The notes under the pieces: model-generated
Database searches by the model: none
Told to the model about the DNA's origin: nothing
The model's input: the letters and a program-made list of their open reading frames with translations, nothing else
Shown: in pieces, positions 28,360 through 42,800 of the stretch
Layout: each line of letters starts with the position of its first letter
Numbering within the stretch: the first letter of the stretch is position 1
Assembly (NCBI GenBank): GCA_023213395.1
Contig: CM041465.1
Span: 229,965,741 to 230,029,740, forward strand
Source: Cycas panzhihuaensis
Taxonomy: Eukaryota > Plantae > Cycadophyta
DNA: 64,000 nucleotides
Direction of reading: 5' to 3'
Translations under genes and position numbers: made by a program

Positions 28360-31300
28360 AGCATTGATATTTTTAGAAATAGTTGTATCCACTTGTTTGA
28401 CTCCTATGTTACATCTTCCACATCTAATATTTGTCACTTTATGAGGTACTCTCTGATTTATCTTATATGAAGTTGCTTGGTACGAGTTTGAAGTATCCCC
28501 TTTAGTTCTAGTATAATCTTTGCTTCTTCATTGAGTTATGGCAAGGATGTTTATGGTACTACTTTATTACCTATCCTTTTCTTTAGGCATAAACATGAAA
28601 AGTTTCATGGATCTTACTTCTTGTCGATAGCTTAAGTTTGTAGGCTACTTCCTCTATTCTGTCAAGTACTTGATATGGTCCAAAATATCAAGGAGTGAGC
28701 TTTTGTGTATTCGTCTTACTTAATAATATCTGATTGTATGGTTGTAATTAGAGCAAAACCTAATTGTCCTTCAAGAAGCTCCTTTCAGATCGTTGTGTAT
28801 TTGCTTGCTACTTCATTCTGTTCCTTACCATCGCCAAATTATCCTTAATAATTCTAACCATGTCTTCCATTTGCTTTTGGTATTCTTAGATAGCCTGAAC
28901 CTTGGATGATCCATTCTGTGTCAATAGAGATGATGGTTGGTATTTGTAAAGAGCCTGGAAAGGTGTCATTTAGGTGGAAGAGTGGTATGTTGTATTATAC
29001 CACCACTTGGCTAAGTGTAACCATCTGTGCCACTAGTTTTATTTATCTAAGCAGAAATTCTTCAAATAGCCTTCCAAACATTTGTTGACTATTTTTGTCT
29101 GTCCAGTCATTTGAGGATGATAAGCGGTACTCATGTGTAATTTTGTACCTATAATTATGAATAAGTCCTTCCAAAATTTACTAGTGAACTTTGGGTCCCT
29201 ATTACATACAATAGTTTTAGAAAACTTGTGTAAGCTATGGATTTCTTTCATAAATAGTTCTACAACATCACTTGCATTTATTGTTAACTGTAGCCCTCAA
29301 AAATAACTATATTTTGTTAATCTATAGACTGTGATAAAGATAACATCTTTACCTTCTAATTTTGGGAGACTTGTAATAAAAACCATTGAAATTTCTTCCT
29401 ACTTTTGGTTGGGAATTGATAGGGATTATAGTAGACCTGGGGTCTTAATGAATTTTACCTTATTTTGTTGATAAGTATCACATTCTGTCACAAATTTTTA
29501 GACGTGTAATTTCAAGCCCTTCTGAAAGTATGATGCATTTATCTTTCAATATATCTTGTCTATACTAGTATGGCCTGCCTCTGAGACTAAATGAGATTCT
29601 TGTAATATAATTTCTTTTAATTTAGAATTTTTAGGAATATAGATTTTACTGTTCCTAAGAATCAAATCACCCTTTTGCTAGTATCCATATGAGTTGCTTC
29701 CCTTGATGTTATCTAAGAGTTTTTGATATTTTGGATCTGCTATATATTCAGATCTGAGGTATTTTAACCATGAAGGTGTAATTGTTGAGATCAACTATAA
29801 TTAAGGACCTTCCTTTATTACATCTGGGATTTATGATAATGTGTCTGCTATAATATTCTCTTTGCCTTTCTTATATACTATTATGAAGTCAAAATTCTGT
29901 AACTTATTAACCCATTTTTGTTTCTCATTGAACAATGTCTTCTGTTTGAGGAAGTATTTCAAACTCTCATGATCTATGCACACCTAAAATAAATTCCCTA
30001 ATAGTATTGTCGGCATTGATGGATGGTGTGCATAATTGTAAGCATCTTCTTATTATAAATTGCTTTGAGTTTTTCTCAATTATTTAACTTCTGACTCTCA
30101 TAAGCTATTGGTCGTTCATCTTGGAGTAAGACTGCCCCTATTCCAAACCCTAATGTATCACACTCCAATATTGACAGTTTTGAAAAATTAAGGGTTACTA
30201 AAACTAGAGTTGTTACTATAGCTTTCTTGAGATCACTGAATGCTTATTTTGCTTTAGGGTTCTAAGCAAACATGTCTTTCTTGGTTAAGTCTGTGAGTGG
30301 AGTTGCTAGGTGCGAATAACCCTTTATATATTTCCTAACAAACCCTACTACCCCCAAGAACCCTTGAACTACTATAACATTTGTTGGGGTTGGCCAATTG
30401 ATAATTACTTATATCTTCTTTGGGTTAATTCTTATGCCTTATCTAGTTATGATGTGGCCTAAGTATTCTAGTTCTTCCTTTGCAAACAAATATTTCTTCT
30501 CGTTGGTAAAGAACTGATTATCACATAGAATTTTGAAAACCATTCTCAGGTGTTCTAGATGTTCCTCTAATATTTTACTGTAAATTAAGATATCACTAAA
30601 GAAAATTAACATAAATTTGCATAACACTTTCCTAAAGGTATTATTCATTATGCTCTGGAAAGTTATCAGTGGGTTCATTAATCTAAATGACATTACCCTA
30701 AATTTAAATAGGCCTTCATGTATTCTGAATGCTATCTTGTATACATCTTCTTCCCTTATCCAAATTTGATGATATCTTAAGCATAAGTCAATTTTTGAGA
30801 AGTACTTTGCTCCATAGATTTTGTCTAACAAATCGTCAATGCGTAAGATCAAGTACATATTCTTGATTGTTAATTGATTGAAACCTTGGTAGTCCATACA
30901 TATTCTATATGAGTCATCCTCCTTTGGACTGATAACAATTGAGGATGTAAATGGGCTTGTGATGGTAGTAATACTTCCTTATGATAGTAGTTCCCTTATG
31001 ATTTTCTTTATTTCTTTCCGTAAATGATACAAATGCCTATAGGTTAGACATTAATAGGCATTACACTTAGTACAAGTTTAATTACATGTTGATTTTATTG
31101 AAGAGGTGGTAGTCCTTTCGGTTCGTTGAACATCGTTTTATACTCTTCTACAATTTGTTGAACCTCTAGTTGAATATCCTCAATTTAGACCTTATACAAT
31201 TTCATAATGTATGCTGATGGGTTTTTTTTTAGGAGCTTCTCCATTTAGTGTGATGAAACAGATTGTACTAGTGGCATTGGCAGTGTCTGCAATTTGTATT

Positions 31301-32990
31301 TATGACCTCCCTTGCGAAAGCACATAAAATTGGTCATATAGTAAGTGACTATATTGCTTAGAGTTTGAAGCCACTAAATTCCTAATACTGCATCTACACT
31401 GTTGATTTGTATTATGAACATGCATGTGTTTGTGGAATATTCATTGATTTGTAAATTTATTTTTTTGCAGAAACCTTGACATGATGTTGTTTTCCCATTG
31501 ACGATTGATACTTGGAATGTTTTTAATGGTTCTATTTTAATTCCAAGCTTCTTTGTAGTTACCCTATTTATAAAGTTATGTTTACTACTACTATCATCTA
31601 GAATTGTGGTAGGCGCCTCTTTAATAATTCCTTGGAACTAAAGTATCTGCAGGGTGACACTTTATCTTGTAATTACCTATAGTCATATGTGTACGCTTTT
31701 AGTATCTAGCTCTGATAGTTCTCTACTTCAGCTTCTTCTGGCTTTTCTTCAACTTCTTTGTGAATTTCTTTAGGTGCTTCCTTTTGCTCTGATATTGTCA
31801 TGTCTTCGATATTGATCATGTATACCTTCTTCCATTGCATTGATATTTATGGTTACACTTCAAACCATATTTAAAACAAGTTCCTTTCTTTAAATGTTCT
31901 TCCTTCATCATTGTCTCTTGATTATTTCTAACCTCTAATGGAGCATCCACTTTGGTTCCTAACTTATTCTAGTTTGGGTTAAATCCTCTTGAGCTTTCTG
32001 TTCTATGTGTGTATATAGGTCTAGTCTCCTACAACTTTACTTCCACGTATCTTATTATCTTGTTTATTGAATCCAATGTTGGTACCTCCATTGCTTTTAG
32101 ATAATATCTTATTAGAGGTTTCAATATGCTAATGTATGCTTCTATAAGGAGTTATAGTGGTACTGCTAATAGAATAAGACATTATAATACTTGAAACTAT
32201 TCGGTAAGCTCTTGGACCGAGCTTGTTAGCTGTAATGTTGTCAACTAGGTGAAATAGTTCATGCTCTATGAATCTTCATAATGGGTTATGAGCCTATGCT
32301 TTATGTTGTGCCAACTTTTAGCTTACTTTCCACATGTTTAAACATGAATACCATTTCAATACTTGACCATATAAATGTAGTGATGCCAAGGGTACTTGTT
32401 TTCTGGTATCATGTAGACTGAGAAATAGGTCTCCATCTATAAAATCTATCCTCTTATATCTCTTGATTTATCAAGGTTAAACTTCTTTAGGATGATCGTT
32501 GCCATTGTTGCCCCATCATTATTCTTGAGGTTTCTCCTTTGATATTTTCCTCATATTTTAAATCTTTCTTTAATACTATTTGTATTTCCTTGTTTTATTT
32601 TGCCTTGGGGATCCAGGTTTACACATTCCTTTTCCTGTTTGGCCCATATTGGTTCTACTTGTGGTCCATCTAGCTTGAGGTTAATTTTATCCATGAGGGT
32701 TGTGAGGCTCGCTAAAGAAGCCATGATTTCCTTTCCTACATCGTCTGTGGTGGTTTGTTCCTGATTGGATTGGCCTTGGGCGATCGACATCTTCTTTGTT
32801 ATATAATCTTCTTAGAGCATAACTCTGTTTGGGCTCCTCTTAAGATCCACTGGTGGAAGGGTAGGAAAAATTTCACTTCCTTCTCACCAAAAATATCACC
32901 TTCCTTCCTGGTAGGATTAGCGTTTATAAACATGAGTAGACTATCTTGATCCCTTCTAGAAAAGAATTTTGATTATATTCTTAGAATGCA
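28360..32990 (-). pseudogene. gag-pol pseudogene of 27792-33555
   Basis: RIDDLLDKIYGAKYFSKIDL...YHQI; MSTAYHPQMTGQTKIVNKCLEGYL; protease ILDDSSKHNFI (~31570-31605). Confidence 0.92.
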
Positions 32991-33016
32991 CTCTTCTATA
33001 GGATAGCTTCCATGAA

Positions 33017-33028
33017 GCTCTGATACTA
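33017..33028 (-). promoter_or_regulatory. tRNA-Met PBS
   Basis: Minus strand TAGTATCAGAGC, 2 nt from the LTR. Confidence 0.85.
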
Positions 33029-33030
33029 CT

Positions 33031-33555
33031 TATAGCGAAAGCTTTTATCATAATTCAGAAATAACATAGGAATTCATAGATATTGATCTAATACATGCTC
33101 ATACAAATTTGGTTAACCTCAAATAAAGATGAATATTAGAAACACACCTCAAACACAAGAGTAAAATAATGGAAATCGTACAAATAGAAAGCAAATATAT
33201 TGTTTAAAATAATGCTAGCAAGTATAAAAATATACAATAGAATGATCTTACTAGATACTTATCCCTTCGAGGGGAGAATCCTCTAAATATATTAGACCAA
33301 AAGGTTGAGCCAACTATAACCCTAGAGCTGAAATATAGAAGAGAGATCCAATAAAAAATTATACCCTAAAATGAGGGCTTTGATCCCTATTTATAATGGT
33401 CAACTTTTAACCAGATTGAAGTTGGCTAGAACCTAGGGTTCTGAGCCCAATCCCATGATATGGAAGTTGTCTAGAAGACAGCCTCACAGGTTAGCCAATA
33501 CTCCCATTCCTGTGCTCAATTCTGGGGTTTTAGAAGGATTTCCTAGAACACAACA
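33031..33555 (-). repeat. 5' LTR of 27792-33555
   Basis: Aligns to 27792-28315; followed by TSD TGATC. Confidence 0.92.
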
Positions 33556-33560
33556 TGATC

Positions 33561-34530
33561 TTTGTATAAACCACTTTCTTGATTTCATCCTCCTTTCTCT
33601 TTGACTAAGGTGGTTTGTGCTCTTCCAATGTTTTATCATTAGTTGATTTAGATTCTTCTTGACTAGAATAATATTCATTTAAATTGATAGCATTGAAAAG
33701 TATGTTGATTCTTGGCTCCTCTAGTAATTTGATTATATAAGCATCATTGCTTAACTTTTTTAGCACTTCTGCGGCTCGATCTTCTTTAGCTTCAACTTGC
33801 TATACCCACCTCTCAAAAATATCTCCTTCAAAAGGTATACCATTACTTCATCCCTAACTTTATATATTTTCTTCTTCCTATGAACATTTACAACCTATTT
33901 ATAGTTTGCATTCATCTCCTCCAATCTTTACTTCACTTGAAGTTGTATATCATAAATCTACTTTACAAGTTGGTCTATATCTTGATGCCTGTTAACTCCA
34001 TCTGGTAAGGGTATTTAGCCCATTATTTAGTATGGATTTATTTTATACATAATCTAAAAAGGTAATTTTCTATTAGATCTATTTACACTAAAACTAAATA
34101 CAAATTTTACTTAAGGTATGACCAATACCACTACTTAGGATGATTACCTACTAAGTTCCTTAATAAATTTCCCAAGCTCCTATTCATAACCTTTGTCTAC
34201 CCATTAATTTATATGATATGAAAAATTAAACTATAGCTATTTATTTAGTCTCCTCTAAAAAGTCTTTTTATAATAAATCATAAACTTGGTATCCTAAAAA
34301 CTAGTAATTAATTTTAGAATCCCATGTAGTTTGATAACTTCTTTAAAAAATAAATTCATAATATGGTTCATATCATTCTTTCATCTGCATAGAATAAAAT
34401 ACACCATCTTCAAGAACTTATCAATAGCTACAAGAACAAAGTCATGATCCCTTCAAGTAGTTGGTAATCCCTAACATAAAATTACCATTCAAATGTCTTT
34501 CCAAAGCCTCTTTATTATGGGTAAGGGCTA
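33561..34530 (-). pseudogene. Integrase of the older CRM-like element
   Basis: GGYSKLKLKKI...KKLSNDAYIIKL (~33730-33810); GLPTT.RDHDFVLVAIDKF (~34415-34470). Confidence 0.82.
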
Positions 34531-34535
34531 ATATA

Positions 34536-37171
34536 TGTTAGAAATATATGACAAGCCTATGGTTATACAATATCTCTGATACCGACTGTTAGAAATATAT
34601 GCCTAAGCTCTTAAGACTATAGAGCATAAAGCCGAACAAGTGAATAATAAAAGAACAAATATGTACAAACACATAACACAATATACTTGTGAGAAATAAT
34701 CAGTTCTAAATTATATTATAACAAGCCAATATATATTTATCATACACACCACCTCATGGATATCCAATCCCACATTAAGATCCACTTGGTCAACCAATGC
34801 TTATAACATAAAGAAGTGTGTGTATTATGAACCCCTAGAGTATATTAACTTGGTAATTATAATAAATTAATATTCCATGGGTTTAACATTACCTAACATT
34901 CCCTACTTAATGTTCAATCCATTGCATATGGTTGCTTTAAATGTGATGTTTGGTCTATATAAAAGCAAAACATCTATTGATGAATATGGGTAACTAGCTG
35001 TTATACATATCAATCTTCTAGAATGGCCCTTCCATACATGGTTCATTAACATTTATCTGGCAAGTAGCCTTTGCCTGCTCCCATTTTGCATGTTCCTAAC
35101 TCTCCTAGTTGAAGCTACACCTTTAAGAGAAAAATTAAGCTAAAAAATCATAGCCCCGTCCACTAAACTATGGAATAAACATGAAAAAATGGTTATCTAA
35201 GTATAAACATGTGATAAAACACTTTTTTTTCCAAGCACAAGTTGGAGTTTAACACTTTATCAAACATAAGTTTAAGTTTCATGCCAATAAAATTACCTTA
35301 AATAAACTTCAAAGCATATTATATGACCATGCTTTGGAAATCCTCATGAGTCAAATTTTCAATGCAACTAATGACACTTAGATTTGATGCTATATAAGGG
35401 AGATATCATCGTTCTATTAGGTACAAGTATATAAAAAGTGAAAAAAAGGTTTAAAATATGCATGTAGCACTTTTCAAATTAGCTTTCAGTCACCCTATGA
35501 CCTCCTCTAAGGGTTAAGTAGACTTTAAACATTATTTAAAGTAATTTAATGTTAGTTAATAATGTTTTAGAACTTTAGGACATTACATTTAATTTAATTA
35601 AAAACACCTAATAATAGATGAATGATGATGGAGGGCCAATGTAAAAACATAACTTTGATTATAATTTTTAGGTGATCTACTCGCCTACATATAGATTTGA
35701 GACCACAATAACATTCTACATCCTCTAATAGCCTTGTAGATGTAAAAAACCATAGAAACAAAGCTCTAAACATTGAGAAAATTACCCCTCAAAATAGAGT
35801 GATGCCCAAGCTTATACACACATTTTTCTCTATGAATTCATTGCTCACTTTAGATTTAAGCATAAATCCGCCTTTCTAACATAACAACAACCTCAACATG
35901 TGAAAAATCAACTTGAAAACTTGAAAGAAAAAAAGAAAAAAATCACCTCAGACCATAGATATGATTATTGGCTAAATGAGTAATCTACAACTAATTCTTT
36001 TATTGAAAAATGCTCTAATACTCTTCATCTACAATCCTAATAAGAGTGTCTCAGTATCTCCTTTTTTTATATACTATTAGAAGAAGCAAGTTCCATTAGA
36101 TATCCTCAAACCCACTTACTAGTGGTGTAATTCACCTTTAATAAATCCCAAACAAGTGAACATACAAATCCTTGTTGTATATACTCATTATCAATAGCTT
36201 TCTTCACATGCATAGGTTCAAATCAAGATTAAAAGACTCCACATCATATAACCCTAACATGCTAGTATTCTATCATGAGCCCAACCATCTACTTCACTAA
36301 ATCATATTGCAAAACCCTCCTCTTCAATCATGATTACTTCATCACATTATAGAGGAAATAATGACCTACTTACCACATCACTAGCTTTAATAAGGTAATC
36401 AAGCCTACTTTAAAAGCTTTGTTCTCAGACTCATATGTAACATATACATGCACACTAGTAAGATATGTATATTATATCCAAGAAATGAATAAAACATGTG
36501 GTAAACCTTTGTAAAATTTGAGATAATTACAACACTTGTGTTCCTAACTAGATTTCTAATGCTTTGGTGCTAATATACTCTAGGCTTATGATACCAACAT
36601 GCTTTAGATACCCTATAAAATTGTAGTTTAAAAGCTTCCATAACTTGTAGCAAACCTTTACTTGATAAACAAATTACCCCTCTCACTAGTTATAAATAGG
36701 TATACATAAATAAGTTCTAAATCAACACATTAATAGGTGGACATGCTCATAGTCTTATAGCCTGACTAGGGTCAGACTAGGCTTAAACCAAGGCTTTGAT
36801 ACCATATGAACATAAATATATAACAAGCCCAAGATTATGCAATATCTTTGATACTAAATATTAGAAATACATGCCCAAGATCTTAAGACTATGAAATATA
36901 AAGCTAAATAGGAGAGTAATAAAAGAATAAATATGTATAAATATATAATATAATATACTTATAGGAAATGATCACTTCCAAATTATATTATGATAAACCA
37001 ATGCATATTTATAATACATAACACCTCATGGCTATCTAATCTCACATTAGAAGCCACTTGGTTAACCAATGACTTATAACATGAAGAAGTATATATACTA
37101 TGATCCCCTACTACACATTAAAGGGATAATTATAATAATTTAATATTTTATGGGTTTAACATTACCCAATA
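34536..37171 (-). mobile_element. Non-autonomous LTR retrotransposon (~2.6 kb, ~365-bp LTRs, no recognisable pol)
   Basis: LTRs 34536-34898 and ~36807-37171; TSD ATATA (34531-34535, 37172-37176); PBS TGGTATCAAAGCC (-) at 36792-36804; PPT AAGTAGGGAA (-) at 34899-34908. The host integrase continues on both sides. Confidence 0.88.
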
Positions 37172-37176
37172 ATATA

Positions 37177-37955
37177 ATCTTATATTTTGTTCATCACCTT
37201 TAGTTATTTAATATACTCTACATACAAAAATTACCTTGTTGATATCTCTTCTTATGTATGGCTAATAATACTTTTCATTTACCAATAAGTAAGTTTGGTC
37301 CTTGTCAAAATGGCCACTTATCCTATATAAGTACATCTCTTAGATGAGTTATTTCCTCTTAGAACCCACTCGTATATCAAACTGAGAACCTTTAAAAATA
37401 AATCTATCATTTAATAAAAATTCATTAAAATTTTCTCCCTCACATGTTTCTTTTATGTGAGTTAAATCCTCTTGAACTTCATTAAAGTATGGGTTAATAA
37501 GATACTCCTCCTTCATTTTCTCAAAACTAATAATATCATTATTTATTATGGTTAGTAAGTGCCTCATTTTACTCAAGGCATTTGTAACCACATTTGACTT
37601 ATTTCTTTTATGTTATATTATAAAGTTATATTTTTACAAAAATGTTACCTATTTCACATGTCTTAATGTTAACTTAGCCTATGAATTGATGTACTTCAAT
37701 GCCTAATGATTAGTTAACAAGGAATATTTCTTATGTACCAAATAGTGTATCTACTATCTTATGCCTATATAATTACATACAACTCTTTGCCATATGTATT
37801 GCATATCCTTTGGGCATCATTAAGCTTCTTATTGAAAAATGTTATTGAGTTACTCCCATGGTTAAGTATTCCTCTGATTGCTAAATCCTAATGTATTAAA
37901 TTCAATAATAAATGGCTCTTTAAAATTATGCAAGGTGAGGATAGGTGGCTCAGCA
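37177..37955 (-). pseudogene. RNase H and integrase N-terminus of the older CRM-like element
   Basis: AEPPILTLHNF (~37922-37953); ORF 37349..37591 VTNALSK...FIFKGSQ; GHF motif ~37310. Confidence 0.82.
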
Positions 37956-38373
37956 TTACATAACCATTTATGGCCTATGGAACTTACTCACATATGTTTG
38001 TATCTAAGGCTCTTAATGGTTAGTGGTAGTCATTAACTTTTATGCATGGGACAATTTGTAATTGCCAATAGAATTAAATACTATTTGTCTTGCTAATGGT
38101 GTTGGTTAAAAGAAGGCCTCTTTTGCCTATTTAAGGCCTAGTGTTTGTAAAGGAATGTTGTTATATATTTTGTATCTTATTTAGGATTGTACTTTGATAT
38201 ACTTTGGTGCTCTTAAGCTTTCTTTAGTGTCCTTATAAGTTCTTATTCTTTGTACTTTATATTTTTAATCAATAAAGTGGTTTATTTTGCCTTCCCATTG
38301 TGTCCTTTACTTTTCTTATATTATAAGATCAAGGAAGATGATTGAGAATAAACTTGTTAAGTGGTATTAGAGC
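37956..38373 (+). mobile_element. Orphan 5' LTR (~37956-38359) with Met PBS (38362-38373)
   Basis: TGGTATTAGAGC follows a segment with a TATTTAA box and AATAAA signals. Start approximate; no partner LTR seen. Confidence 0.55.
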
Positions 38374-39849
38374 TAGGTGTCAAATCTAGCTAAAGCAATT
38401 AATAGTTTAAGGGAAATAAAAGAAAAAGAAAATAAAAAAATACTTTCCCTTGGTAAATCTCTCGAAACCCTCCTTTTGTAAATCATTTATTTTTATTCTA
38501 TTCTCAAGTAATAAACTACAAAGAGGAAACAAAAGTCAAAGTCCAACCCATGCCTTCCCTTAGTGGTTAGGTAGAGACCTTGTGTTGGGGTTCTTTAAAC
38601 ATCATAAGGATCTATCATTTTGGGTTAAGCATGTATGAATATACACCCATACATGAAGCAAAGTAGATTATTCCACTTATACAAGCCTTAGATAGAACTC
38701 AACTTTGAAATTAAACCTCCATATATTTTCAGGTATATCAGAGGAACCTTATATGTTTCGCTACCTTACCTAGAATAGAAAGAACATCAGCCACCTATCC
38801 TCTATAATACATTAGTTAGCAGTTAGTGCTAAAAAGTCACTCCTCACAAACACCATAACATGATTATCATGGCTATGGGTATGGATTTCCTTCGTAGTTA
38901 GTACCTTGAGAGATTGTGTTAAGTGGTATAATAACTGGGAAGTTTATTAAAAGGCCTATAGAACCGAGTATAACTTATTTCTTAAGTCTGAGGTACTTTT
39001 ATGTCCATATAATTAAAACTCTAACCAAAGAAGAGGGTTACATAAATAATAAAAAGTAAATTCCTTTAAATAATCTAAGACTGTTATACTTCTACAAGAT
39101 AACCTGAGACTACTAGATATCTTTAAGATAATATGAATAGAAAGAATACTACAGTCATAACATTAGTAGAATAAAAACACCAACCTATATTATAGACATA
39201 ATAACAGAACAATTTTAACTTATAGTATAGAGACAATAATAGAACATCTAAAATTTTTTTGTCTAAACCTTTAACTTAAAGTTTGTTTCTCACACCTAGT
39301 CTCTCAATCCAAAATCTACCCTTTATATGTTAATAAAAAAAGAAGAAAAATGGAAAAAAAAACCACACCTAGTTTGTAGGGTCACTTTAAGAAATACTTA
39401 TCTTATTTGAATGAAACCTATATTAGACGTCTCTAAATTAAAAATAAAAAAAGTGTATTAGGCCATAAGTTTTACCTACTCACATATACACCTTATTTTA
39501 ATTAGTGTGTCACATTGATCATTTTGCACTAGGTCAATCCCACCCATTTTTTTAGTAAAAAATAGTAAGCGGACCCTGTCGACTAAAAAATCAGATATAA
39601 TCTCACATCATTCTGACAAGGTCATCACTCTTATCATGATGGACTAAGAGACATTTGTCATTTTCACCCCATCCATACATTATTATACCCAAGAGGTTTA
39701 CATGCGATAGGCACATCTAATACTCCCATTATTTTTTGTAATAATCCCTTTCCATCTATCTATTTTCCCTTTTGGTACAACCCTTCTTCTATATCTATTC
39801 CATATTTTGTAATTCCCCTTTATACTTCTTACAACATTAGATTGTTCTT

Positions 39850-42800
39850 CAATGGCTCCTTTGATACATGTTAGTTAGATCCAAGAATTCTAGGTACACT
39901 TTGAGAGAGTATCTGAAACCTTTATTTACTTCAAAGAAATAAATCTAAGTATTACTTCTCTCTCATAGGAAATAATAGAGTTAAGATAACTTATTTAATA
40001 TATGCAAGACCAGAGTATTTAATGACAAGATAAATCATACCAAAATTTTGAGAAGATACTTTGATAACTAGTGACTAACTCTAATAACCTATCTACATCT
40101 AACCCAAAGGGCCCCTTACCACCACTCGTTAGAGCATTACCCCCTCCATTAAGGCAGTTGCAATTCAGTCATAAGATTATAATCCCTACTTTTAATCCAG
40201 ATCGTAATGGGGATTCTTCATGAAGTTGGATCAGTAAGTTGGAGTCCTACTTCTTATTGAATATTATGCCCCCAAAAGATTATATCATGTTTGCCTCAAT
40301 CCATCTAGAGAGGAGAGCATACCATAAGTTTTACTGGTGGTAGTGTGAGAACCCAACCATCCAAACATGGGGTTAATTCTATCAAAATTTTCTTGAATAA
40401 TATAATGACACTTAGAACAACTCTTTTTTTAACCAACTCACCTAGCTAAGGTAAATAACATTAATAGAAGCTTATATAGATGAATTTTAGGAGTTGCACA
40501 CCTAGGTTCCTCATTTACTTGATCAAGATACATTTATTAATATCTATACAATAGGACTCAAAGAGCACATATGCAAACACCTAAATGCTACCTCCTTATT
40601 TATCCTAAAGGAGGCCATATCCAAAGCTAAAGTAGTTGAGGTTACGTTTGTAGTAGAGTGAGCAATATCATTTAGGCAAAACTCCATATGGTATCAACAA
40701 CCTTAATTTTTTAACTAGCAATACCAATGACCCAAAACTGAGGAAATGCCATGATCAACTTTAGAATCGATAATAGACCAAGTCCATATTCTAACAATAA
40801 AAGCAAACCAATGTATGAAGGTTAGCCTTTGCAACAAGTGTTTAGAGAAATGGTTCTTTAGACACATGAAGGTGTATAAGGCAAAGTAGATGATCTTCAC
40901 AATTAATCCTACTCTAGATGAGGACTTTGACTTAAGAGTGAACTCAATGAGGAGGCACTCTAAGAATTATTTCCCAAGCCCTAACCAAAAGTTTCTTTTG
41001 CTACTCTCTTGACCACATCCTACCCAAAACCCTTTCAAGTAAATGGATAGATCAAGAAGACTTCCATCACAATGGTGATCAATGGTGGCATATTATTAAA
41101 CTTCATAGACATTTCTATAGTAAGACAATGAAACCTTTATATCATCCCCAAAACTAGGTTTACTTGTTCCTTACTAGGCCACTAAACCTTATAATGTGCT
41201 AATACTATACAAAATATGATAGTATAGATTGGTTTTTTTTCGCTTAGTCGATGACTTCTATATACTATCTATAGGAGGATCATATGCAATCCTCAGAGTC
41301 CAATGGCTCCAAATACTCTACATATACAATACTAATAACTCTTCTAAGAATCCCTTTATCTTGTTTAAGGACTACATATGCCAAACTCATAAATTATATG
41401 AAATCTAATCCCTTCCTAAATAAAGTCATCTTCCTAAATTAAATAAGGATGCACTTAGCTAGTAGTCTTAGATATATCATTTACATTAACAATATGCAAC
41501 CTTAACAAACCTGTCACCTAAATATTCAGGTACTCTTATCAAAGTATTAGTTAGTAATTTGCTCTATTACCCAATATACCCTTACCAAATCATGGGTTTC
41601 ATTACTTAGTCAAACTCAAGAATCCCTGTGACCCCATTAGCTTAAGACCTTACTAAAATTTATATTTCTAGAAAAATAAATTTAAAAGAATTACAAACAA
41701 ACTAATGGATATGGGTATTATCCAACTTAGTAAAAGTCCCTATATGACACTAATTATCCTCATTTGAAAAAAAGATACCTCAGTTTGACTCTATGTAGAT
41801 TATTAGGAACTTAATAAAATCACAATAAAAACCAAGTTTCCAACTCCTAAGATTGATAACAAGCTTGATAAGATCTATGGTACTACTATCTTTTCTAAAC
41901 TTGATCTTTAGTTTGGCTATTACTAAATCTTTATTGCCCTAAAGATCATCATAAAATTATCTTTAGGATGCACCACAAGTACTTTGAGTTTTAAGTGATG
42001 CTATTTAGATTATATAATACCCTAACCACATCCTAAGCCTTAATGAATAAAACTTTTGGGCCCTATCTACAAAAGTTTGGCATTATTTTCTTTAACGACA
42101 TCCTCATTTATAGTTCTTGTATAAGTCATCACCTTCAACATCTTGGAGTGATCCTCTAAATACTCAACTAGTATTAGTTATGTGCAAAACTATCCAAGTG
42201 TGAATTTGGTAGATTTGAGTCACAATACTTAGGCTATATCATTTTTGTAAAAGATGTTAGAGTTGATCTAGACAAAATCTTAGTTATCAACACTTGGCCT
42301 ATCCCTACGAACCTCATATAATTGTGAACTTCCTAGTTCTCATAGGGTTCTTTCATCACTTTATTTGGAACTATAGTTTCTTGACTACCATGTTGACCAC
42401 CTTACTTTGAAAAGACTTTTTCCAATGGTTCCCTATAACAATAGATGCTTTTAATCATTCTAAACCATTATCAGATCCACTTTGGTCCTTACCATGCTTG
42501 ATTTTTTGTAACTCTTTCAACTTAAATATGATGCTTTAAGTTTTGTCCTAAGCACTAGTCGCATATAAGTTTTTCATCCCATTGTATTTAAAAGTTGAAA
42601 ACTCAAGGACCATGAGAATCAATTATCTATCTATTAAATAAAGATGAAGGCAATCCCATATGTAATGGATAAGTGGCATTAATACCTCCTTGGCTCTAAG
42701 TTTGCCATCTTAATTGATTACCATAGCCTTCATTGCTTATTAGACCAACTAGTATTATTCAAAAAGTAGGCTAAATAGATTGATCACTTATAGGTATTTA

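Larger units (their letters stand above)
27792..33555 (-). mobile_element. Full-length decayed Ty3/gypsy chromovirus-type LTR retrotransposon (~5.8 kb)
   Basis: LTRs 27792-28315 and 33031-33555; perfect TSD TGATC; PBS 33017-33028; G-rich PPT 28316-28339; RT ORF 30439..30897; integrase ORF 29039..29251; chromodomain REYLIK near 28440. Confidence 0.94.
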
